Assembly (NCBI GenBank): GCA_964521215.1
Contig: CAZFRD010000001.1
Coordinates: forward strand, 59,210-123,209
Length of the DNA stretch: 64,000 nucleotides
Direction: 5' to 3'
Source of the DNA: an uncultured Pseudomonadales bacterium
GTDB taxonomy: Bacteria > Patescibacteriota > Microgenomatia > UBA1400 > PJMF01
The translations under genes and the position numbers were made by a program. This document shows positions 48,555 through 58,421 of the stretch, in pieces (positions within the stretch are counted from its first letter, which is position 1; each line of letters begins with the position of its first letter). The notes beneath the pieces were generated by a model. The model was not told the origin of the DNA, made no database searches, and saw nothing but the letters and a program-made list of their open reading frames with translations.

Positions 48555-50242
48555 GACGTCTATCACTGTTTGTCTTCATAGCGGTTTTAGTTGTCACTCG
48601 TTTTTTCTGGCTAAACAGTGGCGTACCTTACACCCACGACGGTGAAAATCACTTAGCTCGTTTCGCTAACTACAAATTAGCCGTCAAAGAAGGTCAACTG
48701 CCCCCTCGTTTTTCGCCAAATTTACATAATCGCTATGGCTATCCAGTTTTTAACTACAATTATCCGTTAGCCAACATTTTATCTCTACCTTTTAGCCTAT
48801 TCAAAGTTCACTATGAACTGACCTTCGAGCTAATTATTTTTTGGGCCCTGGTGGTAGGTAGCTTTGGTTTAATTCGCTGGCTGAAGCCCGATGCGACCAG
48901 CAATCGGCCGATTTTAGCCGCTTTAATCGCTTACTTATCTGGGCCACCCCTCATTTCTACCCTGCTTTTTCGGGGAAGTATTGGCGAAATACTGGCCTAT
49001 GCGCTTTGGCCATGGCTGTTTGTCAGCGTCAGAGCATTATCAAAAAGATTAAACATTAAATTGTTGGTGCTAAATATTTTTATTTGGTCAACTTTTTTAT
49101 TAGCTCACAATATTAGTGTTTACCTAGCTGTATTTATCATCTCAATCTATAGTTTGTGGCAACTAGTTGTTACTCAGCAAAAAAAATTATTCATTTTGCA
49201 AATGAGTGTCATCTTGATTGCATCAATTGGTTTGACTCTTTGGTTTTGGCTGCCTGCGATTACCGAAATGAAAGAGGTTGTGGTAGCGCAGGCAGCCAAC
49301 CAGCGAGAGTATTTATTACATTTTCCCACTCTCAAGCAACTTATCTACAGCCCCCTAGCTTTTGGTTATTCGTATCCCGGGCCAGTGGATACGCTCAGTT
49401 TTTGGTTAGGCTGGGTGATTCCAGCTGTATTGATTCTATTATTGGCTTTAGCGATTGCAAATATATGGTTCAAGCAACTGAAGATTAAATCATTAATAAA
49501 CAGTCTTAAATCAAAACCCTGGCTGTTTTTTACTTGTTTGCTATTTCTCAGTCTATATTTGCAAACATCTAACTCTAGTGATATTTGGCAACTAATACCT
49601 AATTTTCGATTAATTCAATTTCCCTGGCGATTTGGTCTGATTTCAACTGTTTTTAGTTTACCCTTACTTGTTTGGTTACTAGAAAGTAAAAATAGCATCA
49701 TTACCAGAATTATTTGGTTGGTGATTTTCATTCAACTAGTCGTTGTACTATCCGCTCATCCAGTTGATTATGTGGCTAAACAAAAATATGAATACGATCT
49801 CCATGGTGGCACCACTTCCACTCAAAACGAAAATATGCCACCGGCTTTTCGTTATTTATTAATCGCCGATTGGCAACCCTCACCCTCCATATTGGCTGGC
49901 GACGCGCAAATCGCCAAAGTCGAATTATGGAGTGGTTCACAGCATCTGTACCGAATTAATGTCGCTACCACAGCCACTATTGTTGAACCAACGATGAATT
50001 TCCTAGGTTGGGAAACTAGGGCGCGATCAATCATCGGCGCCGACTCTACCAATAGCTTGGTTAAGTATATCGACTCCGATGAGATTCAGGGGCGAATTGC
50101 CTACGTGCTTGCACCCGGTATTTACCAAATAGAAACCAAATTTACTCAAAATACTCCAGCTAGACAAATCGGCAACGCTACTCTAGTCATCACAATCGCG
50201 TCCATATTTGGCATATTTGTCTGGCGTAAACTCCGGTTGTGA
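48551..50242 (+). CDS. PTPS-related polytopic membrane protein (paralog of 28761..30458)
   Basis: HDGENHLARFANYKLAVKEGQLPPRFSPNLHNRYGYPVFNYNYPL. This parallels the HD..H.AR....G.FP.....YGYP.F...PLP motif of the other copy. Its start overlaps the upstream gene's stop within the bases ATGA. Confidence 0.5.
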   Translation: MRRLSLFVFIAVLVVTRFFWLNSGVPYTHDGENHLARFANYKLAVKEGQLPPRFSPNLHNRYGYPVFNYNYPLANILSLPFSLFKVHYELTFELIIFWALVVGSFGLIRWLKPDATSNRPILAALIAYLSGPPLISTLLFRGSIGEILAYALWPWLFVSVRALSKRLNIKLLVLNIFIWSTFLLAHNISVYLAVFIISIYSLWQLVVTQQKKLFILQMSVILIASIGLTLWFWLPAITEMKEVVVAQAANQREYLLHFPTLKQLIYSPLAFGYSYPGPVDTLSFWLGWVIPAVLILLLALAIANIWFKQLKIKSLINSLKSKPWLFFTCLLFLSLYLQTSNSSDIWQLIPNFRLIQFPWRFGLISTVFSLPLLVWLLESKNSIITRIIWLVIFIQLVVVLSAHPVDYVAKQKYEYDLHGGTTSTQNENMPPAFRYLLIADWQPSPSILAGDAQIAKVELWSGSQHLYRINVATTATIVEPTMNFLGWETRARSIIGADSTNSLVKYIDSDEIQGRIAYVLAPGIYQIETKFTQNTPARQIGNATLVITIASIFGIFVWRKLRL

Positions 50243-50274
50243 CCGTAATTGTTTGTCATTACAATAACTAATAT

Positions 50275-51192
50275 ATGAATTCACAACCACTACGTATCAT
50301 TGTGACAGGCGGATCTGGTTTCTTGGGACATCATTTAATTCGCTCATTCTTACGAGAGGGGCATCAAGTACGCAATATTGATTTGCGACCCAATCCAGAG
50401 CATGAAACGCTCTTGGCCGATGTTCGTGACCAAAACCGCATGCAGGAATTAGTCAAAGATGCTGACGTGGTTTTCCACCTAGCTTCACTGATAGAAGCTG
50501 GTGAGTCGGTCAAAGAACCTGCTAAGTATTTTGACAATAACTTAGTGGGCACCCTATCAGTTCTCGAAGCCATGCGTCAAAATCAAATCAACAAAATTAT
50601 TATTTCTAGTAGCGCTGCCATTTACGGTGAGCCACTGCGCACACCAATATTAGAAGATGACCGCACCTTACCCATCAATCCCTACGGTGTCACAAAATTG
50701 GCGATGGAAGGTTTGTTGCGATCTTATGTAGCGTCGCATGGATTTACCGGTCTAGCACTTAGATACTTCAATTTGTACGGACCCGAGGAGCATCATCAAC
50801 CAGAAACCCATGCTATTCCCAGGTTTATTAAGCAAATATCTAATGAAGAGGAAGTCACTGTTTGGGGTGACGGGGGACACCAGCGAGACTATGTCTATAT
50901 TAGCGATATCGTTGATGCTCACTTACTTGCCCTAACCTATGTGCTTGATCATCCCCAACAATATCACTACTTCAATCTTTCGGCCGAACAACCCACTTCT
51001 GTCCTGGAAATTATTAAACATTTAGAAAAATTCATAAATAAAACGGCTAATATCAAGTTCTATCCCGACCGTCCTGGTGACCCACGGATTTTAGTGGCTG
51101 ATGCTTCCAAGGCAAGGACAGAGCTTGAATGGCAATCTTCGGTAACGATAGAGAAAGGACTGGAACGCACATGTCAGTATTTTCTTCATTAA
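50275..51192 (+). CDS. NAD-dependent sugar-nucleotide epimerase/dehydratase (SDR, GalE-like)
   Basis: IIVTGGSGFLGHHL...SSSAAIYGEP...YGVTKLAMEGL. Confidence 0.8.
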   Translation: MNSQPLRIIVTGGSGFLGHHLIRSFLREGHQVRNIDLRPNPEHETLLADVRDQNRMQELVKDADVVFHLASLIEAGESVKEPAKYFDNNLVGTLSVLEAMRQNQINKIIISSSAAIYGEPLRTPILEDDRTLPINPYGVTKLAMEGLLRSYVASHGFTGLALRYFNLYGPEEHHQPETHAIPRFIKQISNEEEVTVWGDGGHQRDYVYISDIVDAHLLALTYVLDHPQQYHYFNLSAEQPTSVLEIIKHLEKFINKTANIKFYPDRPGDPRILVADASKARTELEWQSSVTIEKGLERTCQYFLH

Positions 51193-52883
51193 GAAAACAA
51201 TGGATAATATTATTTGTCCTATTTATACTTGGCTTTGGTTTGCGTAGTTTTAACTATCAATCATTTCCGCTAGGATTTGATCAAGTTATTTTATTAGAAA
51301 ACGCCGAGAAGATCTTATCTGGACGACCGGTTTTGATTGGCCCCAAGACCGGTTACGCGGACATCTTTATCGGTCCATTGACTTACTATCTAACAGCTGT
51401 GGCGATGCTATTTTCTCACTCAGCCTATGCTTTAGTAATTTATCAGTTAGTGATCGTATCGATTACGATGTTGATTATCATCACTTTGTCGCTGCGTTAT
51501 TTACCCAAATATCTCGGTTGGACCGTTATCATTCTTTGGATGTTTTCTCCTTTTATTTTGCATTTTGATCGTATGCCCTGGAATCCCAGTCTGCTCAATC
51601 TTGCCTCTATCCTTACCTTGTTCCCACTGCTTTCAACAAAAAAATTTGGCTGGATGGAATGGACACTTGTTGGCGCTGGTTGCTTTTTGGGTTTTCAGTC
51701 ACATTTCTCGGGTATCTTCTTGCCCCTCTTAACGCTCTTACTGACAATCAAATCAAATCGACCAGGTACATGGATGATTAGAGGCTCGGCCATTTTTGGT
51801 TTTTCCATTGGTTATTTACCACTTTTAGCATTTGATATTAGACATCAATTTATGAATCTTAACGGCTTAAAAGCTCTGTTACTTGGGGGAAATAGTTCTG
51901 GATCAATGTTTGATCTGGGAGTGAATATTTTACGCAGCACTCAAATTACTGTAGAAAATACCGGTAAGATTCTGTTTTTTAATACCAACGCGCCTTTGTT
52001 TATTGTTGCTGGGATAGCAATACTGATTACTGCGTTTATTATATTTTATAAGCATAAACATCACACCTTACTGATTTCATTGAGTTGGGTGATCTTAATT
52101 GGGCTTTTTTATGGTTTTTACAAAGGTCCTCGACCAGAATACTATTATTTAATTCAGTTTCCAGGAATAATATTGGTGCTAGCTCATGTTTTCAATCATT
52201 TTCAATTAACACATATCAAGCTCTTGTTGGCCATAATTTTAGGTTCGACTGTATGGTTGCATACCATCATGTATTCCAACTCATCTAGTCTCAATATTGA
52301 TAATTTACTGGCGATTTCTTCTTATGTCCACAAAATAGAGTCTCAATTTGGTGTTAGTCAACTTTCATTAGATATGTCTTTAGCAAATAGAGACGGATTG
52401 GCCTACTTATTGCGTGATATTGATCTTCACTTAGGTGGGAAACAAATTCATATTAGTTATCCTGACAGAGTGCCTTACTCTGATACCAAATATTTTGAAG
52501 GCATTAGTGTTTGGACTGATCCAAGATTATCGGGCTTACACTTAACTGAACCAAATTACATAATTTTATATCAGTCTCCACTTGGTATTTATAAATCGTT
52601 TTCCAACGATCAGGATTTTGGTCAGCCTTTTAGCTATGTGGTGTTTAATAACGATAATCTTCTTGGCAAGATCTATATTATTGATAAAAAGACCTCAGAA
52701 AAAGAATGGCAACTAATTATTGAAGGATGTATTGACAAGCCCTGTGAGGGTGGTTGGCAGCCACTGAGTTTGAATGGAAAAAGTGGATATATTATTTTGT
52801 TCAAAGAAAATGCATTCTTTTTTGTGGCTAATGAATTAGAGAATTTTCAACGGTCTAGCCTAGCAGGAATTAGCTTTTATTAG
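51171..52883 (+). CDS. polytopic membrane protein, GT-C-like candidate (same unnamed family as 38514..40058)
   Basis: Likely start MSVFSSLRKQWIILFV. Contains ...FDQVILLENAEK... and MPWNPSLLNLASILTLFPLL, with about 12 transmembrane helices. Confidence 0.4.
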   Translation: MSVFSSLRKQWIILFVLFILGFGLRSFNYQSFPLGFDQVILLENAEKILSGRPVLIGPKTGYADIFIGPLTYYLTAVAMLFSHSAYALVIYQLVIVSITMLIIITLSLRYLPKYLGWTVIILWMFSPFILHFDRMPWNPSLLNLASILTLFPLLSTKKFGWMEWTLVGAGCFLGFQSHFSGIFLPLLTLLLTIKSNRPGTWMIRGSAIFGFSIGYLPLLAFDIRHQFMNLNGLKALLLGGNSSGSMFDLGVNILRSTQITVENTGKILFFNTNAPLFIVAGIAILITAFIIFYKHKHHTLLISLSWVILIGLFYGFYKGPRPEYYYLIQFPGIILVLAHVFNHFQLTHIKLLLAIILGSTVWLHTIMYSNSSSLNIDNLLAISSYVHKIESQFGVSQLSLDMSLANRDGLAYLLRDIDLHLGGKQIHISYPDRVPYSDTKYFEGISVWTDPRLSGLHLTEPNYIILYQSPLGIYKSFSNDQDFGQPFSYVVFNNDNLLGKIYIIDKKTSEKEWQLIIEGCIDKPCEGGWQPLSLNGKSGYIILFKENAFFFVANELENFQRSSLAGISFY

Positions 52884-52903
52884 TTTATTTAAATCGTCGC
52901 TGT

Positions 52904-54319
52904 TTAAATTCGCTGAATTATAACTGACCAAAGTTTATCAGAACAAAATATTTCATTTATTTGTTTCGATTCGCCAAACTGCGTCAACTCATTATACGCA
53001 GTTTTTCCATGCTCATACTTAGAGTGATCGACAATCACCACCATTGTATTTGCTCCATCAATTTGAGTATCTAATTCTTTAATCACGCAGCCACTACGTG
53101 CCAACAAATACTTCCACTCCATACCATTGTGATAAGGATGTATATCTGATTGCACACTTAAAAATACCGGAACACTCAAACTGCTGCATATTTTCTCTGC
53201 GCACTGCAAGCTTTGACTAAATGAGCGATATGAAGGAGAAAAGTAGGTATTTAATTGAGTGGGTCTGATCCAATATGCTATCAATAAACAACTTAATGGA
53301 ATAAACAGCTTTATCTTTAATAAAGAAGTTGTAAATATTGCTACAGTTAAAACGGCAAAAATATAGTGAGCTTGGATTGATATTGGAATTACCAAGGTGA
53401 TCATTACTGTAAGTGCTAGAACTAGAACAGAAGGATAAAAGAAAGAAGAAAATAGTTTGTATTTTGAAAAATAGTGAACAAATATACAAATAACTAAACA
53501 TATACCTACGATAAACTGTACTTCTAAAGGAATACTCGTCATAGCTAGTGAAATTAACTCTAGAGTCTTTTCATACCAACCAGTGGTTGTTTGTGTTAGT
53601 TTTTCTCCGTTGATCAGTAAGTTGGTTAGTAAAAAATGATGACGTAATTCAAAGACTATTGTCGGAATATTCCAGAATATTACAGAGACGAACGTCATTC
53701 CGGCAAACCACAGCGTTTTAATTTTTGAACGAAATATGAGAGCAGAGGAGATAATAAATGCCACGAGAGCTGGTCCCGCTGAGTAATTTAAAGATGTGGC
53801 TAATGAAATTGAGAAAGTCGCGATAAATAAGTATTTCAACTTCCAATCTTTTAGTAACAGAAGCCATGATACTAAAGCAATCAAGATTAAGATGGGTAAA
53901 AATGATGGATTCCAAACAAACCGATTTTGAATGATGATTTGGGGATGAATGCTGATAATCAACAAAGAAATAAGTATGGGAAGTTGTAGTTGCTTGGTAT
54001 TTTTTGTTAGTTTATAAATTAATGCTATTCCCGATAGGTAAAAAATAATTAGAGTCATGACTGAAGCGTATGGAGACTGACCAGACAATAAAAACATGGG
54101 CATCAAAAGATAAAAATAGACAGCGCTCTGATTGTAGGGTAATGCGCTGGTTTGAGGTCCAAGTAAGGGAGGCTTCCAAGACTGTTGCCAATTAAATAAA
54201 ACCCAATAATCACGACCAATATCATTGAAAAACAACAAGGATTGATTAAGTTGAAATAATCTTAAAAAGATAAATATAATGCAGACAGCTATCAAAGATA
54301 GTAGGTAATGATTTTTCAC
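52904..54319 (-). CDS. polytopic membrane protein, GT-C-like candidate (same unnamed family)
   Basis: FFNDIGRDYWVL...FVWNPSFLPILILIAL with many transmembrane helices. It is convergent with the preceding paralog across a 20-nt gap. Confidence 0.4.
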   Translation of the reverse strand: MKNHYLLSLIAVCIIFIFLRLFQLNQSLLFFNDIGRDYWVLFNWQQSWKPPLLGPQTSALPYNQSAVYFYLLMPMFLLSGQSPYASVMTLIIFYLSGIALIYKLTKNTKQLQLPILISLLIISIHPQIIIQNRFVWNPSFLPILILIALVSWLLLLKDWKLKYLFIATFSISLATSLNYSAGPALVAFIISSALIFRSKIKTLWFAGMTFVSVIFWNIPTIVFELRHHFLLTNLLINGEKLTQTTTGWYEKTLELISLAMTSIPLEVQFIVGICLVICIFVHYFSKYKLFSSFFYPSVLVLALTVMITLVIPISIQAHYIFAVLTVAIFTTSLLKIKLFIPLSCLLIAYWIRPTQLNTYFSPSYRSFSQSLQCAEKICSSLSVPVFLSVQSDIHPYHNGMEWKYLLARSGCVIKELDTQIDGANTMVVIVDHSKYEHGKTAYNELTQFGESKQINEIFCSDKLWSVIIQRI

Positions 54320-54432
54320 TTATTCAATCATACAATATAAAAGAGGCAGCCGCGTGAAAACAAAACAAGTCTAATAATCGGATAGTGCCAATTATGGCGC
54401 TAGAGTCGATGTTATGCAACATCCGTGAGCAT

Positions 54433-55476
54433 TTATTCAGTTGATTTTGGCCAATTTCTTATTGCGAGAATCAGTAAATAAGCAATAACGGAAAAACCAA
54501 GGTCATCGTTCAGAGCTTTAATAATATCCGCTCTCTCACCAGAAAGTGACTGAAGCAGAGCAACGACTAACAACGTGATGAAAGGGGATAGAGACACGCG
54601 AACTTCACGATAAGTTTTACCAAGAAATATCTTTTTAATTCTTCTCATCTCTTCATTGGGCACCTTCTCAGTAGGTTCAGCACTATCTGGATTTGACTCC
54701 TGAGTTTCATTTTCGATAGGAATGGTAGGGTTCTGATTACTTTGAAATTCATCTATTTTTAAGTAAGTGCGAATAGCTAATATCATTTTTGCGATAGTCA
54801 AGAGCGCCATTGGATCACTTCTGAGATGATCATCAAAGCGATAGTATGTTTGTGCGCGAGTGTCACTGAAGCATATTTTTATTTCATTCCTTACGATCAG
54901 TAAATCAACAAGGTAGCCTTCTAACTTGTAGTTAGCTACTATCTGATGAAGTGTACTAATTATCTCGCTTGCTCCATTAAAATTCACTGGACTAGTTTCA
55001 TCATCTATTTGATAACTTAAAACAAAATTTTTCTTGTGGAATGACCGTATTTCATTTACTAAATCACTTTTGAAGTAGAATTTTAACTCTGCAGGAGCTA
55101 AGTACAGTCCATCGTCCCTGACTACTAATGAATCAGTTGTGAGACTAATTGCTGAAATTATGTCACTAAGTTCTTCAACAACCTTCTGCGAAGTTAAGGC
55201 GAGTGTTCTTGCGACAAGATCTTCACTATCTAAATCAATGAATCTAACTCCGACTGCCTTCAAAAACAGATTGAAGAAGAGGGCATGCTCTAGATCAACG
55301 GTTGATGAAGTGGATGTCACTTGCCCATATAAATAATTAAGAATCCGACTAATAACTTCTTTTTTAAGAGAATTGCTTAAACTCTCCAATTTTTCAGTTT
55401 CATCTTCGGATAAACCCGATAATTCAACATGGGCGTTTAAATCAATTATTTTTTCTGTGTCTGTGTTTGTAGCCAT
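54433..55476 (-). CDS. hypothetical protein with C-terminal membrane anchor
   Basis: 347-aa ORF with an acidic N-terminal region and two C-terminal hydrophobic helices. No family recognised. Confidence 0.35.
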   Translation of the reverse strand: MATNTDTEKIIDLNAHVELSGLSEDETEKLESLSNSLKKEVISRILNYLYGQVTSTSSTVDLEHALFFNLFLKAVGVRFIDLDSEDLVARTLALTSQKVVEELSDIISAISLTTDSLVVRDDGLYLAPAELKFYFKSDLVNEIRSFHKKNFVLSYQIDDETSPVNFNGASEIISTLHQIVANYKLEGYLVDLLIVRNEIKICFSDTRAQTYYRFDDHLRSDPMALLTIAKMILAIRTYLKIDEFQSNQNPTIPIENETQESNPDSAEPTEKVPNEEMRRIKKIFLGKTYREVRVSLSPFITLLVVALLQSLSGERADIIKALNDDLGFSVIAYLLILAIRNWPKSTE

Positions 55477-55957
55477 ATTGGATTGAAATTATAATCCTTA
55501 TGAGTAATATGTCAATAATATTATGCTATATATAATACAATATATTACAATGTTCTAGCTTTTTGAGAAGGTTTCAAGCACCTGCTATGCAAGCTAAAAA
55601 ATCATCATATTTTTTGACCAGTCATCGATCTTCCATAAGTTCTTATCGGTTTTGGAAGAAAAATGGTAAATATTGAGCATATGGAGCTAACTCGCGTTCA
55701 AATAGTGTCAATAATTTAAGCAAATCTTTGCGAATTAGGTTAGCAGTTAAAATATCCACACCTTGTTCCAATATTTGCTTTCCGGATTTTATCCGTTCGT
55801 TAAAATTGTTCATCTGTCGCTTTCTAGCAGTGGAATGCTACTCACTGTTATATTAGGTATCAATATATTACAGCCAACAACACAATTCAAGTATAAATAC
55901 TTCTATTTTGACTTCCGTACTTCTTTCAACCCAACTTTACCAGTACAATACCACTGT

Positions 55958-56731
55958 ATGATCGGCATCTTTACGAAATACCATGAACTCCTGAGCGAAT
56001 TGACTAAGCGTGAGGTGAAGCAACGTTACAAGCAATCTGTGCTCGGATATGCCTGGGTGATGCTGAATCCGTTTTTTCAGATGTTAGTGATGGCGTTTGT
56101 TTTTAAATTTTTACTCAGAGTGCAAGACTTGGGCGTGCCGTATGCCATATTTTTGTATGCGGGACTGCTACCTTGGACGCTTTTTGCTAATTCGCTCGGT
56201 AGTAGTGTCAACGCTCTAGTGGGTAACGCTGGCTTACTGACCAAGATCTATTTTCCCAGAGAAATATTCATCATGAGTACAATTTTGGCGAAAATGATCG
56301 ATTTTTTCTTAGCTTCAACGATTTTCCTTGCTATGATGGTCTGGTACCAAATTCCTATTACTTGGAACGTGCTCTGGTTTGTGCCGATCTTCCTGATCCA
56401 GATGCTTTTCACCTACGGTTTGTCGTTGATTGTGGCCGCTTTCAATCTGTTTTACCGGGATATTCAATATATTTTGGGTTTATTGATTATGGTATGGATG
56501 TATCTCACGCCCGTGATTTATCCCACCGAAATGTTTCCCGAAAACTACCGCTTTATTTTTCAGCTTAATCCCATGGCGGTGTTCGTTAACGCCTACCGTC
56601 AAGTAATTTTAGCGGGTGGTGCCCCCAACTTTTTCAGTTTGGGTATAGGCTTATTGGTGTCAGTCTTGCTCACCATTATTGGTTATGTTATTTTCAAAAA
56701 ATTGGAAGGTCAATTTGCTGATGTAGTCTAA
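55958..56731 (+). CDS. wzm: ABC-2 type polysaccharide/teichoic-acid exporter permease (Wzm/TagG-like)
   Basis: YHELLSELTKREVKQRYKQSVLGYAWVMLNPFFQM... with six transmembrane helices. The tracked ORF begins at 55763, but the family start is near ATG 55958. Confidence 0.75.
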   Translation: MIGIFTKYHELLSELTKREVKQRYKQSVLGYAWVMLNPFFQMLVMAFVFKFLLRVQDLGVPYAIFLYAGLLPWTLFANSLGSSVNALVGNAGLLTKIYFPREIFIMSTILAKMIDFFLASTIFLAMMVWYQIPITWNVLWFVPIFLIQMLFTYGLSLIVAAFNLFYRDIQYILGLLIMVWMYLTPVIYPTEMFPENYRFIFQLNPMAVFVNAYRQVILAGGAPNFFSLGIGLLVSVLLTIIGYVIFKKLEGQFADVV

Positions 56732-56982
56732 GATCGCTTCATATTTTGAAACGATTTTACATAGTGGTCTAACAGATTACGAATCATCCGTTGATAAGAT
56801 CCACCCAACTTTTCCGCCTCGTCCTTAAAAAAGCTCAGCGTCTTTTGATCCAAATTGATTGTAATTTTGATTGCTGGGGGTCGCAAAATAAGTTCTTCTG
56901 GAGGGGGTAAAAAATCAGGTACCCTAACCATCTTACCGAAGGTGCCTTCAAATACTTGATTATTTTGTTGTATTCTTTTCAT
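56728..56982 (-). CDS. brnA: BrnA-like antitoxin (CopG/RHH-like, DUF4415 type)
   Basis: Small protein immediately downstream of brnT and overlapping it. The C-terminus ...LDQKTLSFFKDEAEKLGGSYQRMIRNLLDHYV is typical of BrnA. Confidence 0.55.
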   Translation of the reverse strand: MKRIQQNNQVFEGTFGKMVRVPDFLPPPEELILRPPAIKITINLDQKTLSFFKDEAEKLGGSYQRMIRNLLDHYVKSFQNMKRS

Positions 56983-57262
56983 ATAATTTTCTTTCTTTTC
57001 TCCAAAACCCAGCTCCAATGATTCTCAGTATCCGATTTCTAATCACAAATCTTACTGTACAAACATCATCATCGACTTGCCCAATACAATACCAACGTTG
57101 TTCAACGTCAGTCGAATGACTGACATCTGCATAAATAAGTCTTTTTTTGTCATAGAATGCTCGTATTGCGTCTTTAAACCTAATGAAGTGTTTTTCATAA
57201 TTACGTTGATCTTTATTTGCATCCCACTCAAATTCGAGTATCTGAATATATGGTACTTTCAT
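56960..57262 (-). CDS. brnT: BrnT toxin (DUF497 ribonuclease family)
   Basis: FEWDANKDQRNYEKHFIRFKDAIRAFYDKKRLIYADVSHSTDVEQRWYCIGQVDDDVCTVRFVIRNRILRIIGAGFWRKERKLYE. Confidence 0.7.
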   Translation of the reverse strand: MKVPYIQILEFEWDANKDQRNYEKHFIRFKDAIRAFYDKKRLIYADVSHSTDVEQRWYCIGQVDDDVCTVRFVIRNRILRIIGAGFWRKERKLYEKNTTK

Positions 57263-57265
57263 ATG

Positions 57266-57287
57266 TATAAAATGTCAATATTTTATA
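57266..57287. promoter_or_regulatory. perfect 8-bp inverted repeat, tataaaat-gtcaat-attttata, 4 nt upstream of the brnT start codon
   Basis: Located in the divergent promoter region between brnT and the 57475 gene. Candidate BrnA (RHH) operator. Confidence 0.4.
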
Positions 57288-57474
57288 TGAATTTGAAATG
57301 TTAGTTTAAACCTTGATGCTTGCACTAACCGTAATTAGCTTAAGAAGCTTTTGTAGCATTCAACTAGTGGAATATTTGATTATTATATGTGACAATGGAC
57401 AACATCGAGATTGATTTATATATAAATTACTAGTATAATAATTTATTGATATATCGATTATTTAATCAAATACT

Positions 57475-57780
57475 ATGTCAACCGATTTCACTTCTTCAAA
57501 TCCGCCACAGACCGTTATCCAGGCTCTATGGTCGGCAGACTTAAACGCATTAGATTTGGCAAAACACAAAAAATACATCGTTCATCAAGTTCTACAGTTT
57601 GGAGATTTACAAGCAATAGCCTGGCTATTTTCAGTTTATGGAAAAACGATAGTTAAAAACCTGTTTGTTGCTCAAGCAGAAAAAGTCTATACGCCTCGAT
57701 CATTTAATTATATAACCAAATATGTTTTGGGTCTTGTTCCAGATTCTTTAAATCAAAAGTTGTATGTTTCAAATATTTAA
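57475..57780 (+). CDS. hypothetical small protein, possible antitoxin partner of the downstream AbiEii-like gene
   Basis: 101-aa ORF overlapping the next gene's start by 17 nt. No family recognised. Confidence 0.3.
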   Translation: MSTDFTSSNPPQTVIQALWSADLNALDLAKHKKYIVHQVLQFGDLQAIAWLFSVYGKTIVKNLFVAQAEKVYTPRSFNYITKYVLGLVPDSLNQKLYVSNI

Positions 57781-58417
57781 ACAGGCAATTACCGATCAAC
57801 ACGAACAAGTCATGTTCCAACTTGCCAACTTGTTTGACGGCCAAATACTCATTGGGGGAACAGGTTTAGCCTTACAAATAGGGCATCGCAAATCGGAGGA
57901 TTTAGATTATGTAATTAAACAACCAGTTGCCGAAAATATCACTTCGTTGCTTACTATAGCTACGGGTGCAAGTCAATGGCAACACCAGATGCAAAATTCT
58001 CAACAATATACTGGTTTTTGCTCTGGAATCAAAGTGACTTTTTTTCACGATAATGTTCAGTTTCTGCATCCAACTCACGAATTCGCTGGAAACCAAATTG
58101 CCGATATATCAGATATCTTTTCCTCAAAACTATTCACCATTAGTAGAAGAGCGGTATGGAGAGACTATGTTGATATAGCAGTACTTCTCGATAAAGAACT
58201 ACTATCACTGAAGGATGGAATTGTAGATGCAAAAATTCGCCACCAGGTTGATGAAAAATGGATTCTTGAGCCTCTGACCTATTTTGAGGATATAACCTAC
58301 GCTCCAATTGATTATTTGGAAAAGTCATATTCAGATGCGGAAATCAGAAATATTTTGGAGACTGAAGCTATGCAATACACTGATTTAAGATTATCATTAG
58401 CAAGTTTTGAGACTTAA
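57764..58417 (+). CDS. nucleotidyltransferase, AbiEii/AbiGii-like (short form)
   Basis: LIGGTGLALQIGHRKSEDLDYV resembles the GGTAL...R.SEDLDF motif of DUF1814/AbiEii. Confidence 0.45.
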   Translation: MFQIFKQAITDQHEQVMFQLANLFDGQILIGGTGLALQIGHRKSEDLDYVIKQPVAENITSLLTIATGASQWQHQMQNSQQYTGFCSGIKVTFFHDNVQFLHPTHEFAGNQIADISDIFSSKLFTISRRAVWRDYVDIAVLLDKELLSLKDGIVDAKIRHQVDEKWILEPLTYFEDITYAPIDYLEKSYSDAEIRNILETEAMQYTDLRLSLASFET

Positions 58418-58421
58418 GCGT

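Noticed and set aside
55763-55957. N-terminal 65 codons of the tracked wzm ORF
   Set aside because: The sequence is AT-rich and promoter-like (atattacaatg...), and family alignment starts near YHELLSELTKREV. The upstream extension is probably not translated.
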